A stretch of DNA of 32,000 nucleotides from Acidimicrobiales bacterium. Its GTDB lineage: Bacteria > Actinomycetota > Acidimicrobiia > Acidimicrobiales > UBA8190. Both the position numbers and the translations under genes were made by a program. Positions 20,301-26,486 of the stretch are shown here, in pieces. The DNA lies in contig DATKIB010000065.1 of assembly GCA_035509915.1 (NCBI GenBank), forward strand, positions 17,508 to 49,507, read 5' to 3'. The stretch's first letter is position 1. Each line of letters begins with the position of its first letter. The notes under the pieces were generated by a model. That model did not search any database and was not told the DNA's origin. It saw nothing but the letters and a program-made list of their open reading frames with translations.

Positions 20301-20878
20301 CGTATCGAGACCAGGAATCCCGCCGGCAGGCCGGGGCGGTTGACGGCCGGGGGGAACTGGGCGAAGAACGTGTCGTCGCCTTCCTCGGCGCCGTGGTAGA
20401 GGAAGTACTCCTCGAACTGGTCGAGGATCACGAGGAGGGCAGCGTCGAGCTGCTCGGTGGCGGCCTCCACGACCTCGATCAACTGACCTTCCGCTGCGAA
20501 GTCGCGGCCGGAGAATTCCCTCGTGGCATCCGCGATGGAGCGGGTGAGCGAGCCCAGCGGGTCGTCTCGCCAAGTGCTGAAGACCACCGGCACGAATTCT
20601 GGAGAGCCGATCGCCTCCTGGTTCTCGTGCGCGAGCTCCCTCAGTCGCGACGCGACACCCGCTCGCAACAGCGAGCTCTTGCCCACCCCGCTCTGGCCGT
20701 ACACGACTGTCAGCCGGCGTGCTTTCAGGTTGGAGATGATCAGGTCCCGCTCGCGTTCGCGACCGAAGAAGAAGGCGGAGTCGTCCTCGGTGAAGAACGT
20801 CAGGCCCTTGTACGGGCTGGTCGCGCCTGTGGCGTCGGGCTCGGGACTCGTCCGTGGTCCCGCTTCGGTGGTCGTCAC
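17336..20878 (-). CDS. STAND-class P-loop NTPase with a central transmembrane helix and about 14 WD40-like beta-propeller blades (1180 aa)
   Basis: YKGLTFFTEDDSAFFFGRERE lead-in. Walker A GQSGVGKSS (20672-20698) and Walker B LLVILDQFEE. Arg-rich stretch then NWRTVAVLVVLVVVGGLLWDV (about 19484-19540). Recurrent blades such as VAFNPAGTKLAVA, AVFSPSGTEVATTSADGKTLLWDV and AVFNPQGTQIVTSEDDGAVRIWDV. Confidence 0.85.
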   Translation of the reverse strand: MTTTEAGPRTSPEPDATGATSPYKGLTFFTEDDSAFFFGRERERDLIISNLKARRLTVVYGQSGVGKSSLLRAGVASRLRELAHENQEAIGSPEFVPVVFSTWRDDPLGSLTRSIADATREFSGRDFAAEGQLIEVVEAATEQLDAALLVILDQFEEYFLYHGAEEGDDTFFAQFPPAVNRPGLPAGFLVSIREDALAQLDRFKDRTPALFDSLRRVNPLGKAAAREAIVGPIEEFNRRRPGEPQVGWEPALVETVLEQVRAGRVRLDQEGAGTLDGAAGDAFEAPYLQLVMSKLWQAEVDSGSTNLRLKTLEDLGGAQQIVSTHLATTLDGLSQDERDIATDVFKQLVTPSGTKIALTAKDLSGLTERPDEQAPIEALLEKLQPSRIVRHVPPPPGVEEPPRFEIFHDVLASAILDWRSKQATARAEREKQRAEREARTQRRRARNWRTVAVLVVLVVVGGLLWDVGSQSDAAKSRQLAASAVSNLGSDPELSTNLALQAVTTSVTPEAQNALRQAFGSTQELTSLQARGSVYSVAYSPDGSYVAAVAYTKAIDIAELWNTHHPSSPPSILSTPRGADPNEVAFNPAGTKLAVAEGNGYVTMFTMTSAGAETHGSNIAISDDPSNGYGIDYVAFDPDGKSFATEDTNDQLCEYAVTGAAIGCTPPNSVATPSYGPVSYNGAGTMLVTLSYNTGAILWSVPSLTQLATIGSNVMTDAVFSPSGTEVATTSADGKTLLWDVTSSPPAQLHALDTVGDTIAATFNSDGSELATVNDLGQTTVWDSSTGDQVAQLDCDCGVIYSVGFDPTGAPRLVTGNENHTVKLWDTLPRQLVGQVVPPGSEELGSAQFVPGTGNHEVALVATASNQSQVQIWDLRTLKLRASYAGYAFALVPGDPNQIVTIDNSTATLQSISGSPKTLLSDVDAVAVSQKQTWIGIVDTNYLVHLYNLNTGKQIKLSCPKSFDFPCHYNQVYDDSTDWIVNSIAFDQSQAHLLVSYQSGQALMWNTAHPSEHPCLLQGPDPDAVMWDGQFDLKGDLVVTADNAGNVAVFDTADCSPGHTIRPAKPPMNASTGQLNTAVFNPQGTQIVTSEDDGAVRIWDVASGSQLAVFGPTPRPNPRAVNSAAFNSNGTEILTAGNDGVARLWSTSGAMPLPQLEQAAHGRITRDLTSTEQALYHAAAN

Positions 20879-20915
20879 GCCAATCCGGCTTCGAAGGTGG
20901 TCACCGTGGCAGCGC

Positions 20916-21932
20916 TCAGGCTGCCCCAGCCTGCTCCGCGAGGAAGGTGTCGAATGCCGCGCTGAGTCCCTCCAGGTAGTCCTCTAGCGGGGTGTCGCGC
21001 ATCTCGACGCCATGGTGCCGCCAAGACGCCCGCTCGACGTCCGAGCAATCTCGCTGGATCGACCACCAGGAGTTCTTCCCCTTGTTGCTGTCGTACAGCT
21101 CGTAGAGGATTGCGCGGAGGTTCCAGTCGTGGAGGCTGTAGCCCAAGAAGAGTAGGTGGCAGTTGTTGAGGCGGACCATCACGTCGGTGGGCAGGCGGTC
21201 CCGCAGGTCGGCACGCCCTGAGCGCCCTTCCCGGCCCAGGTACTCGATGTAGTGGTCCTCGGTTATCACGTAGCTGTCCTGGTCAGGGTCAGACTTGTTG
21301 ACGAAGCCGTGGAGCTTGACGATGACCGTTCTAGTGTCCGGGTTCACCGCGTCGTAGTCCTCGGGCTTCTCGATCAAGGTGAGATCACCATCGGGCGACT
21401 GGTGGAGGAAGCAGCCCTTGTCGGCTCCCTCCGCTACGTAGGCGACCAGGTCGAAGGGCTCGCCCTGGGTGCTGAAGGCTTTTTCGAGCAGGTCGTCGTA
21501 GTTGGTGGTGACTATGAGCGGAGGGCGGCGCAACTTGCCCGCCTCGCGCAACCGGCCGGGCACCGAGGCGAGGAACTCGTGGAGCTTGGTGGTCGGGAGC
21601 TCGCGGTTGAAGACATCGTGCAACGCGAAGTAGAGGGGTGAGGACCCGCCCTGCATGGTGGCGATCCACTGCGCCACCTCCAGCAGGTTGGTCGGGGAGC
21701 TCTCCATGTCGAACTCCCTTGCAAGATGGACTGCCAGCTCCGACGAGCTCGGGGGCCCGTGCCACTCATCGCTGTCGGGAGGGCGGCCGAACAGACTCGC
21801 GCCGGCGCCGAGGACGGGAGTGAGGTTCCCGTTCTTGAACCCGCGGCACACCATCTTGTAGTGCAGCGACAGTTCCCCTGCCACCGCCGTCCTGCCAGGG
21901 TCGTCGGTCTGCGCAAAGGCCATTCGATCCAC
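20916..21932 (-). CDS. SIR2_2-family (Thoeris ThsA/DSR-like) NAD-utilising domain protein
   Basis: LTPVLGAGAS, LIVTTNYDDLLEKAF (Asn codon 21501-21503), VIVKLHGF (His codon 21309-21311) and LLFLGYSLHDWN. No Zn-ribbon module of classical sirtuin deacetylases. Start is GTG 21932 or ATG 21923, both with GGAG upstream. Confidence 0.8.
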   Translation of the reverse strand: MDRMAFAQTDDPGRTAVAGELSLHYKMVCRGFKNGNLTPVLGAGASLFGRPPDSDEWHGPPSSSELAVHLAREFDMESSPTNLLEVAQWIATMQGGSSPLYFALHDVFNRELPTTKLHEFLASVPGRLREAGKLRRPPLIVTTNYDDLLEKAFSTQGEPFDLVAYVAEGADKGCFLHQSPDGDLTLIEKPEDYDAVNPDTRTVIVKLHGFVNKSDPDQDSYVITEDHYIEYLGREGRSGRADLRDRLPTDVMVRLNNCHLLFLGYSLHDWNLRAILYELYDSNKGKNSWWSIQRDCSDVERASWRHHGVEMRDTPLEDYLEGLSAAFDTFLAEQAGAA

Positions 21933-22184
21933 TCCGTCTCCCGAGCCTGCCCAATCCTCCCCCGCCCGAGGGACCAGCTGGTGGGTGAGGTTCCCCGGGC
22001 CACCGCGGCTGCTAGGCGCCTGGAAGCTCCCGCGCGGAAGGTACCAAGACCCCTACGTGATGTCAACTGTTGCACACGGACCAAGCAAATGGAGGCAATA
22101 AGCTCGAAAGGGCAGGCGCCCACTCGGGCGAAGAGCAAGGTCCCACAGGGCAACATTGGTCGGGGAAGGCCCGGGAGCGTTCGC

Positions 22185-22997
22185 ATGGAGGCTTGGCTGA
22201 GTACGGCTGCGCTGGCGAGCGTGCTCGTACCACTGTTCGTGTTGGCGGAGCGAGTGGACCCCGAGGTCGAGCGCCCGCCGAGTGCGCCCAGTGCAAGGCG
22301 TACGGACCTTGTGTACCTGGGTTTCTTCGCCCTCGCCTACCCGCTGGCCGGGATCGGCGCCTGGGAGCTGACGCAGAAGGTCGGAGTGTGGGGGATCTTT
22401 CGCGACGAGCTGTCCCACCAGCCGTACTGGGCCGGGGCCGCGGCGGCCTTCGCCGTAGCGGAGCTCGGCTCGTACTGGCTGCACCGCGTCGAGCACAAGG
22501 TGACACGCCTGTGGCGTTTGCACGCGGTGCACCATTCCGCCACGGACGTGAATTGGTTGACCACGTTTCGTTTTCACCCGCTCGACGCCTTGATGGAGAA
22601 GCTCGGACCGGTTCTGGTGGTGGCGGCTCTCGGGTTCCCGCTGTCGTGCCTGGTCCCGTTCCTCGGCGCGGCGGCAGTCGTCACCTTGCTGGCGCATTGC
22701 AACGTGTGGGTCCCGGGGGCTTGGATCTCGCGCGTCGTGGTCACACCGGGGTACCACCGTACGCATCACGAGGTGGACCGTGACGGCGCGAACTTCGCGC
22801 TCGTCCTACCTATGGTCGACGTGTTGTTCGGGACGGCGTCCTTTGCGATCGGCGAGCGCCACTTCGGCACCCGAGCCCCCATGCCGGCATCGGGGTTCTG
22901 GGCGCAGTTGCGCTGGGGGCTCGGGTTTTCGTCTCAGCGTCTTGCTCAGCGTAGAAGCAGTACGCCGAGCGAGAACGACGCCACATTGGCCACGTAG
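22185..22997 (+). CDS. fatty acid hydroxylase / sterol desaturase superfamily membrane di-iron enzyme
   Basis: Histidine boxes HRVEH, HAVHH and GYHRTHHE with TM segments. ATG 22185 preceded by GGGAG. The track ORF from 21726 overlaps the SIR2 gene and is an over-extension. ATG 22089 is an alternative start. Confidence 0.75.
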   Translation: MEAWLSTAALASVLVPLFVLAERVDPEVERPPSAPSARRTDLVYLGFFALAYPLAGIGAWELTQKVGVWGIFRDELSHQPYWAGAAAAFAVAELGSYWLHRVEHKVTRLWRLHAVHHSATDVNWLTTFRFHPLDALMEKLGPVLVVAALGFPLSCLVPFLGAAAVVTLLAHCNVWVPGAWISRVVVTPGYHRTHHEVDRDGANFALVLPMVDVLFGTASFAIGERHFGTRAPMPASGFWAQLRWGLGFSSQRLAQRRSSTPSENDATLAT

Positions 22998-23296
22998 CTG
23001 ATCCCGCAGATCGGCAACGCCTCCCGACGCTGCACAGCGAAGAGGAGCCCCGCCTCGACAAGCACGACGACCAGCTCGACGATCGCGAGCGCCGGGAAGG
23101 GTCCCATGGGGCGTTCGAGGAGGGGGAACAGGACGAGGAAGCCGATCGGGTGGGACACGAGATTGACGCCCGCACCGGCTGCTAGCCCCTGCGGCATCGG
23201 AGTCGACTGCATGACGCGCAGCAGACAGGCGTACACAGGGGCTTCGATGACCACTGTCAAGCACAGCGCGAGGAGGTACGCGCTCTGGTGCGTCAC
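22946..23296 (-). CDS. hypothetical small polytopic membrane protein (116 aa)
   Basis: Strong GC3 bias and 3-4 hydrophobic segments. Its start lies 1 nt after the stop of the upstream gene. Its 3' end overlaps the convergent hydroxylase gene by 52 nt. No family recognised. Confidence 0.5.
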   Translation of the reverse strand: MTHQSAYLLALCLTVVIEAPVYACLLRVMQSTPMPQGLAAGAGVNLVSHPIGFLVLFPLLERPMGPFPALAIVELVVVLVEAGLLFAVQRREALPICGISYVANVASFSLGVLLLR

Positions 23297-23297
23297 G

Positions 23298-23588
23298 CTA
23301 CTGGCGCGGCCGCCAGGCCCAGCCGTCCCATACCCAGCGCCCGTCCGGAGAGACCTGCCCGGTGGGGTTCGCCGCTCTCGCCAACCGAGCGGCGCCGTCG
23401 TACGACTGCTTGCGCTTCCTGTACCGGAGCAGGAGCCCCAGGACCACCAACGCGACGAGCACGAGTATCACGACGAAGAGGACGAGCAGTGTGGAGCTCC
23501 CCCCTCCGAGTGGGTTGGGAGATCCTCCGCCGGGTGGAGGTGCAGGTATGTCGGCGAGCAACCCTGCGAACAGCCCTAACAGACCCAC
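23298..23588 (-). CDS. small single-pass membrane protein with C-terminal SPDGRWVWDGWAW motif (96 aa)
   Basis: GTG start and a hydrophobic core (LLVLFVVILVLVALVVLGLLL) followed by RYRKRK. The C-terminal motif is the same as the repeats in the upstream gene. Confidence 0.55.
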   Translation of the reverse strand: MGLLGLFAGLLADIPAPPPGGGSPNPLGGGSSTLLVLFVVILVLVALVVLGLLLRYRKRKQSYDGAARLARAANPTGQVSPDGRWVWDGWAWRPRQ

Positions 23589-23595
23589 GACCTAA

Positions 23596-23601
23596 ATTCT
23601 A
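23596..23601 (-). promoter_or_regulatory. TAGAAT -10-like hexamer 7 nt upstream of GTG 23588 (possible leaderless internal promoter)
   Basis: Minus-strand TAGAAT read from attcta at 23596-23601. The spacing to the start codon fits leaderless transcripts, which are common in Actinobacteria. No -35. Confidence 0.25.
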
Positions 23602-23613
23602 CGTTGACGTCCG

Positions 23614-24228
23614 CTAGCGGCCGGTCTTCTGCCATGCCTGTCCGTTCCAGACCCAGTGGCCGTCGGCGGACACCGGCATGCCGGCGGCGATGAGGGACTT
23701 CACTCCAGGGTCCAGCTCACCGGCAGAAGCCGGGCTCTTCGCCGCTTCGGCCTCGGCCGGCTGCCAGGCCTTCCCGTCCCACGCCCAGCGCCCGTCTGCA
23801 GAGAGGAGGCGGGTGCCGCTCGACTCGGGCGCCTGCGGTGCCACCGGCTGCCAGGCCTTCCCGTCCCAGCGCCAATGACCGTCGGCCGAGATCGGATGCT
23901 CCTCAGGCGGTGCAGGTGGGGCGGCGGGTGTCGCGGGCGCGGGAGCGGCGTGCGGCACCCACTTCGCACCGTCCCAAATCTGTGTGCCGTCGGGAGAAAG
24001 CGGGTGGGACGCATCGGGCTGCGGTGCAGCAGCAGTCGATTCCGCAGCAGTCGGTACAGCGGCAGCCTTCGAAGTCGCCGTCTCTGCGTTCGGCGCACCG
24101 GTCGGCGGTGCGGATACGGGGTTCCATTTGTCGCCGTCCCAGACCCAATGACCGTCGTCGCTGACCCAGCGGTGCTGTTCGTCCTGCCGCATCGACGTCT
24201 CCATTCGTTCACGAGCGCTCATGGTCAT
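23614..24228 (-). CDS. repeat protein: five copies of a roughly 15-aa [SD]xDGxWxW[DN]GxxW motif separated by Pro/Ala-rich linkers
   Basis: SDDGHWVWDGDKWNP, SPDGTQIWDGAKWVP, SADGHWRWDGKAWQP, SADGRWAWDGKAWQP and SADGHWVWNGQAWQK. Start assigned to ATG 24228, because the track ORF up to 24480 would overlap the divergent gene. The second half of the motif resembles the RYWDGxxWT core of DUF2510 (from memory only). Confidence 0.6.
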   Translation of the reverse strand: MTMSARERMETSMRQDEQHRWVSDDGHWVWDGDKWNPVSAPPTGAPNAETATSKAAAVPTAAESTAAAPQPDASHPLSPDGTQIWDGAKWVPHAAPAPATPAAPPAPPEEHPISADGHWRWDGKAWQPVAPQAPESSGTRLLSADGRWAWDGKAWQPAEAEAAKSPASAGELDPGVKSLIAAGMPVSADGHWVWNGQAWQKTGR

Positions 24229-24256
24229 CTTGCGCCAAACATGCAGTATACGGAGG

Positions 24257-24285
24257 TTGTTTTGTACTTGGGTGTGTCTTATAGT
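24257..24285 (+). promoter_or_regulatory. candidate promoter TTGTTT-N17-TATAGT in the locally AT-rich divergent intergenic region
   Basis: Hexamers read from the sequence, about 63 nt upstream of ATG 24348. Confidence 0.4.
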
Positions 24286-24347
24286 TTTTCCGTTACTGGT
24301 CGATTGAGGTGGGCGATTCCCACGAGCACGTGGCCGAAGGGGGCCGG

Positions 24348-25487
24348 ATGATCTGTTTCCGCTGCTCGACGCCGAACCCGGAGGTCGCCCGGTTCTGCCA
24401 CCACTGCGGGGCCGTGCTCGTGCCCGAAGCTGACAGGGCCGACTACTACGCAGCCCAACCGGCGGAGTCGGTGCGTGCACTGGCTCTGGTCAGTACGTTG
24501 ATGCCGCACGCGTCGGCGAACAGGCACCACATCTACCGCCTCGGGCTCGTGTTTGCGGTGGGCGCGGCGCTCGTGGCGGCGGGCTTCGGCATCCTCCCGG
24601 TCGCCCTCGTATGTGCTGGGGTGGCACTACCGGGCATGCTCCTCACCTATTTCCACGACCACGAGGTCTGGAGCGACGAGCCCGCGATAGTCATCGGCGC
24701 GTGTGTGTTCCTCGCAGCCGGAATCGGTGTCGGCGTCGGGTTTCTGGCGAACCTGTTCAGCAACAGCGGGCTGCTCGTCACGATCAACAATGCTCTTCCC
24801 TCGACGGGCCGGTTACTCGAGGAGTGCCTGCTGCTGCCGGCAGTGGCGTTCGTCGCTCTCCAGATCGCACCTAGCCTCGTCACGTCCCGGGAGAAGTTCC
24901 GCCACGCCCTCGACGCTCTCACTCTCGCGGCTCTCGGTGGAGTGGCTTTCGCTCTGGCGGAGTCGATCGTCATCCAGCACGGAGCCTTCTCGAGCTTGAC
25001 GGTCCACAACACCAACGCGGCTACCGACGCCTTCGTGGCTCTCACCCTGGGCTTCGTGAAGCCGATCATCTACGCGACGGCGGCAGCGGTCGCTGTGATG
25101 CGCATGCGCGGGGGCGCCAACAGCTACCTCACCGGACTGGTCGAAGGCTTCCTCCTCGTGGCCATCTATGACACCTCTGTTGCGACCCTCACCTCCTACG
25201 GGCAGCGCGGCGTAGTGCTCACCTTCCTCATCGCAGCCGCGTTGGCGTCGGTGGGCCTGCTCTCGGTCCGCAACGAGGCCCATGGGGCGTTGCTCCAAGA
25301 GGCGGAGCAGGCGGCTGGCATCGCAGAGCCCGGCGGGTTCGGCGGCTTCTGTGCCAATTGCCAGCTCCCTCTGCTCGCGGGCGCGGCGTTCTGTCTGGCC
25401 TGTGGCACGGCCGTAGCGGCGATGCCGAAGCAGCACCAGCGCAGTCTCGCCTCGTCCTCCGGCTCCTCCTCCGACCTGTCCGCCTGA
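24348..25487 (+). CDS. polytopic membrane protein (about 8 TM) flanked by N- and C-terminal CxxC-N9/10-CxxC zinc ribbons; distantly PrsW-like
   Basis: ATG 24348 preceded by GAAGGGGG. CFRCSTPNPEVARFCHHCG and CANCQLPLLAGAAFCLACG. LLEECLLLPAV and LDALTLAALGGVAFALAES resemble the PrsW EE and GF..E motifs, but the His motifs are absent. Confidence 0.7.
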   Translation: MICFRCSTPNPEVARFCHHCGAVLVPEADRADYYAAQPAESVRALALVSTLMPHASANRHHIYRLGLVFAVGAALVAAGFGILPVALVCAGVALPGMLLTYFHDHEVWSDEPAIVIGACVFLAAGIGVGVGFLANLFSNSGLLVTINNALPSTGRLLEECLLLPAVAFVALQIAPSLVTSREKFRHALDALTLAALGGVAFALAESIVIQHGAFSSLTVHNTNAATDAFVALTLGFVKPIIYATAAAVAVMRMRGGANSYLTGLVEGFLLVAIYDTSVATLTSYGQRGVVLTFLIAAALASVGLLSVRNEAHGALLQEAEQAAGIAEPGGFGGFCANCQLPLLAGAAFCLACGTAVAAMPKQHQRSLASSSGSSSDLSA

Positions 25488-25518
25488 TGGCGCCGAAGAA
25501 CCCGACTGGAGCGCTTCG

Positions 25519-26421
25519 ATGACATCGACGTACGAACCGCCTCCTCCGCCTCCGCCGCCACCGTCGGAGGGTGGTCCTGCGGTCCCTTCGGTGGCGTACC
25601 CGCCGCCTCCGCCTCCCCCGCCGCCCAGCGCGCCACCCGGGGCGCCGGGTGCACCCCCGAGCGGCTGGACCGGTCTTCAAGGCAAGATCCCCAACCGCAG
25701 GATCGCCGCGTTCGCGGGCGGCGGCGTTGCGGTTGTGGGCGGGATAGTCGCGTTGATCGTGCTCCTCGGTTCCGGGCCGAAGCCCACACCCCCCCCAACC
25801 CCTCTTCCCACGACCCCTCCCACGACCCCGGCCACGACCCCGAGCACGACACCCTCCACCACACCGAGCACGACGCCCTCAACCAGCCCGAGCACCACAC
25901 CCTCGACCACACCGAGCACCACGCCGACAACGTCTCCCCCGCCCTCCTCGTCGGCGGGAGCGGTCCCGCTCGGGAACGGGCTGAGCGTGAGCCCTGCGAG
26001 CGGCTGGACCGCCAACTGCAGCAACTGCAGCAGCGGGTCCACGGACTTCTTGAGCCCCGACCAGACGTCGGACGTGTACTACGAGGGCCTCAAGCAGACG
26101 TCGTCCAACCCACTCAACGACCTCGTGCAGGGCGTCTCGACGGGCCAGAACGCCTCGTTCTCGAACTTCCAGGGAGGTACCCCGACCAACAGCTCGCTCA
26201 ACTCGAACCCGGCCGGGTTCGGCGAGTTCTCCTACGAGGCCTTCCAGGGAACTGTCAGCACCAACCAGGGCACTCAACAGTTCTACGGAGTCTTGGGAGT
26301 GTTCTGGAACTCGAGCAGCGGTTACGAGGTGTTCTTCGTCTATGAGGCCACCAGTCAGAGCTCGGTGCAGAGCAACCTCAACAGCCTCAATACGATGAAC
26401 GACTCGGTCGTGGCAAGCTGA
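25519..26421 (+). CDS. single-pass membrane protein: polyproline N-terminus, TM anchor, Pro/Thr/Ser linker, roughly 160-aa Ser/Asn-rich extracytoplasmic domain
   Basis: GGAG 8 nt upstream of the ATG. Two runs of nine consecutive Pro codons (25537-25563, 25600-25626). TM IAAFAGGGVAVVGGIVALIVLLG. (TTPS)n linker. Confidence 0.7.
   Translation: MTSTYEPPPPPPPPPSEGGPAVPSVAYPPPPPPPPPSAPPGAPGAPPSGWTGLQGKIPNRRIAAFAGGGVAVVGGIVALIVLLGSGPKPTPPPTPLPTTPPTTPATTPSTTPSTTPSTTPSTSPSTTPSTTPSTTPTTSPPPSSSAGAVPLGNGLSVSPASGWTANCSNCSSGSTDFLSPDQTSDVYYEGLKQTSSNPLNDLVQGVSTGQNASFSNFQGGTPTNSSLNSNPAGFGEFSYEAFQGTVSTNQGTQQFYGVLGVFWNSSSGYEVFFVYEATSQSSVQSNLNSLNTMNDSVVAS
25778..25950 (+). repeat. short tandem coding repeats (acSacSccSagc-type) encoding a (T-T-P-S/T)n linker
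   Basis: Visible periodic 12-nt units encoding PTTPPTTPATTPSTTPSTTPSTTPSTSPSTTPSTTPSTTPTT. Confidence 0.7.
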
Positions 26422-26486
26422 CGACGCTCGGCCAGGGTGAAGGCCCTTCGGGCCCGCAGTTATCGTGCCCGTACTGCGGCGAGACT

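Noticed and set aside
15661-20965. Series of plus-strand ORFs (287, 300, 506, 319, 202 and 353 aa) antisense to the RCK-RyR and STAND-WD40 genes
   Set aside because: They have no recognisable domains and a low-complexity composition. The minus-strand proteins have strong multi-domain signatures.
15430-21932. Calling the SIR2/STAND cluster a mobile genomic island
   Set aside because: No integrase, transposase, tRNA attachment site or flanking direct repeats are visible in the window. Composition does not obviously differ from the flanks by eye, so only the gene content suggests an accessory nature.
21726-22184. 5' extension of the hydroxylase ORF (423-aa version), plus the 224-aa minus-strand ORF 21512-22186
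   Set aside because: The extension overlaps the SIR2 gene and is Arg/Pro-rich. ATG 22185 has a GGGAG RBS and starts directly at the first TM segment. The 224-aa ORF is out of frame within the SIR2 gene and its upstream region.
24229-24480. 5' extension of the Trp-repeat ORF (288-aa version) and GTG 24309 as the start of the ZnR gene
   Set aside because: The extension would run through the AT-rich promoter region and overlap the divergent gene. Its translation is Arg/Pro/Ser-rich. ATG 24348 has a far better RBS than GTG 24309.
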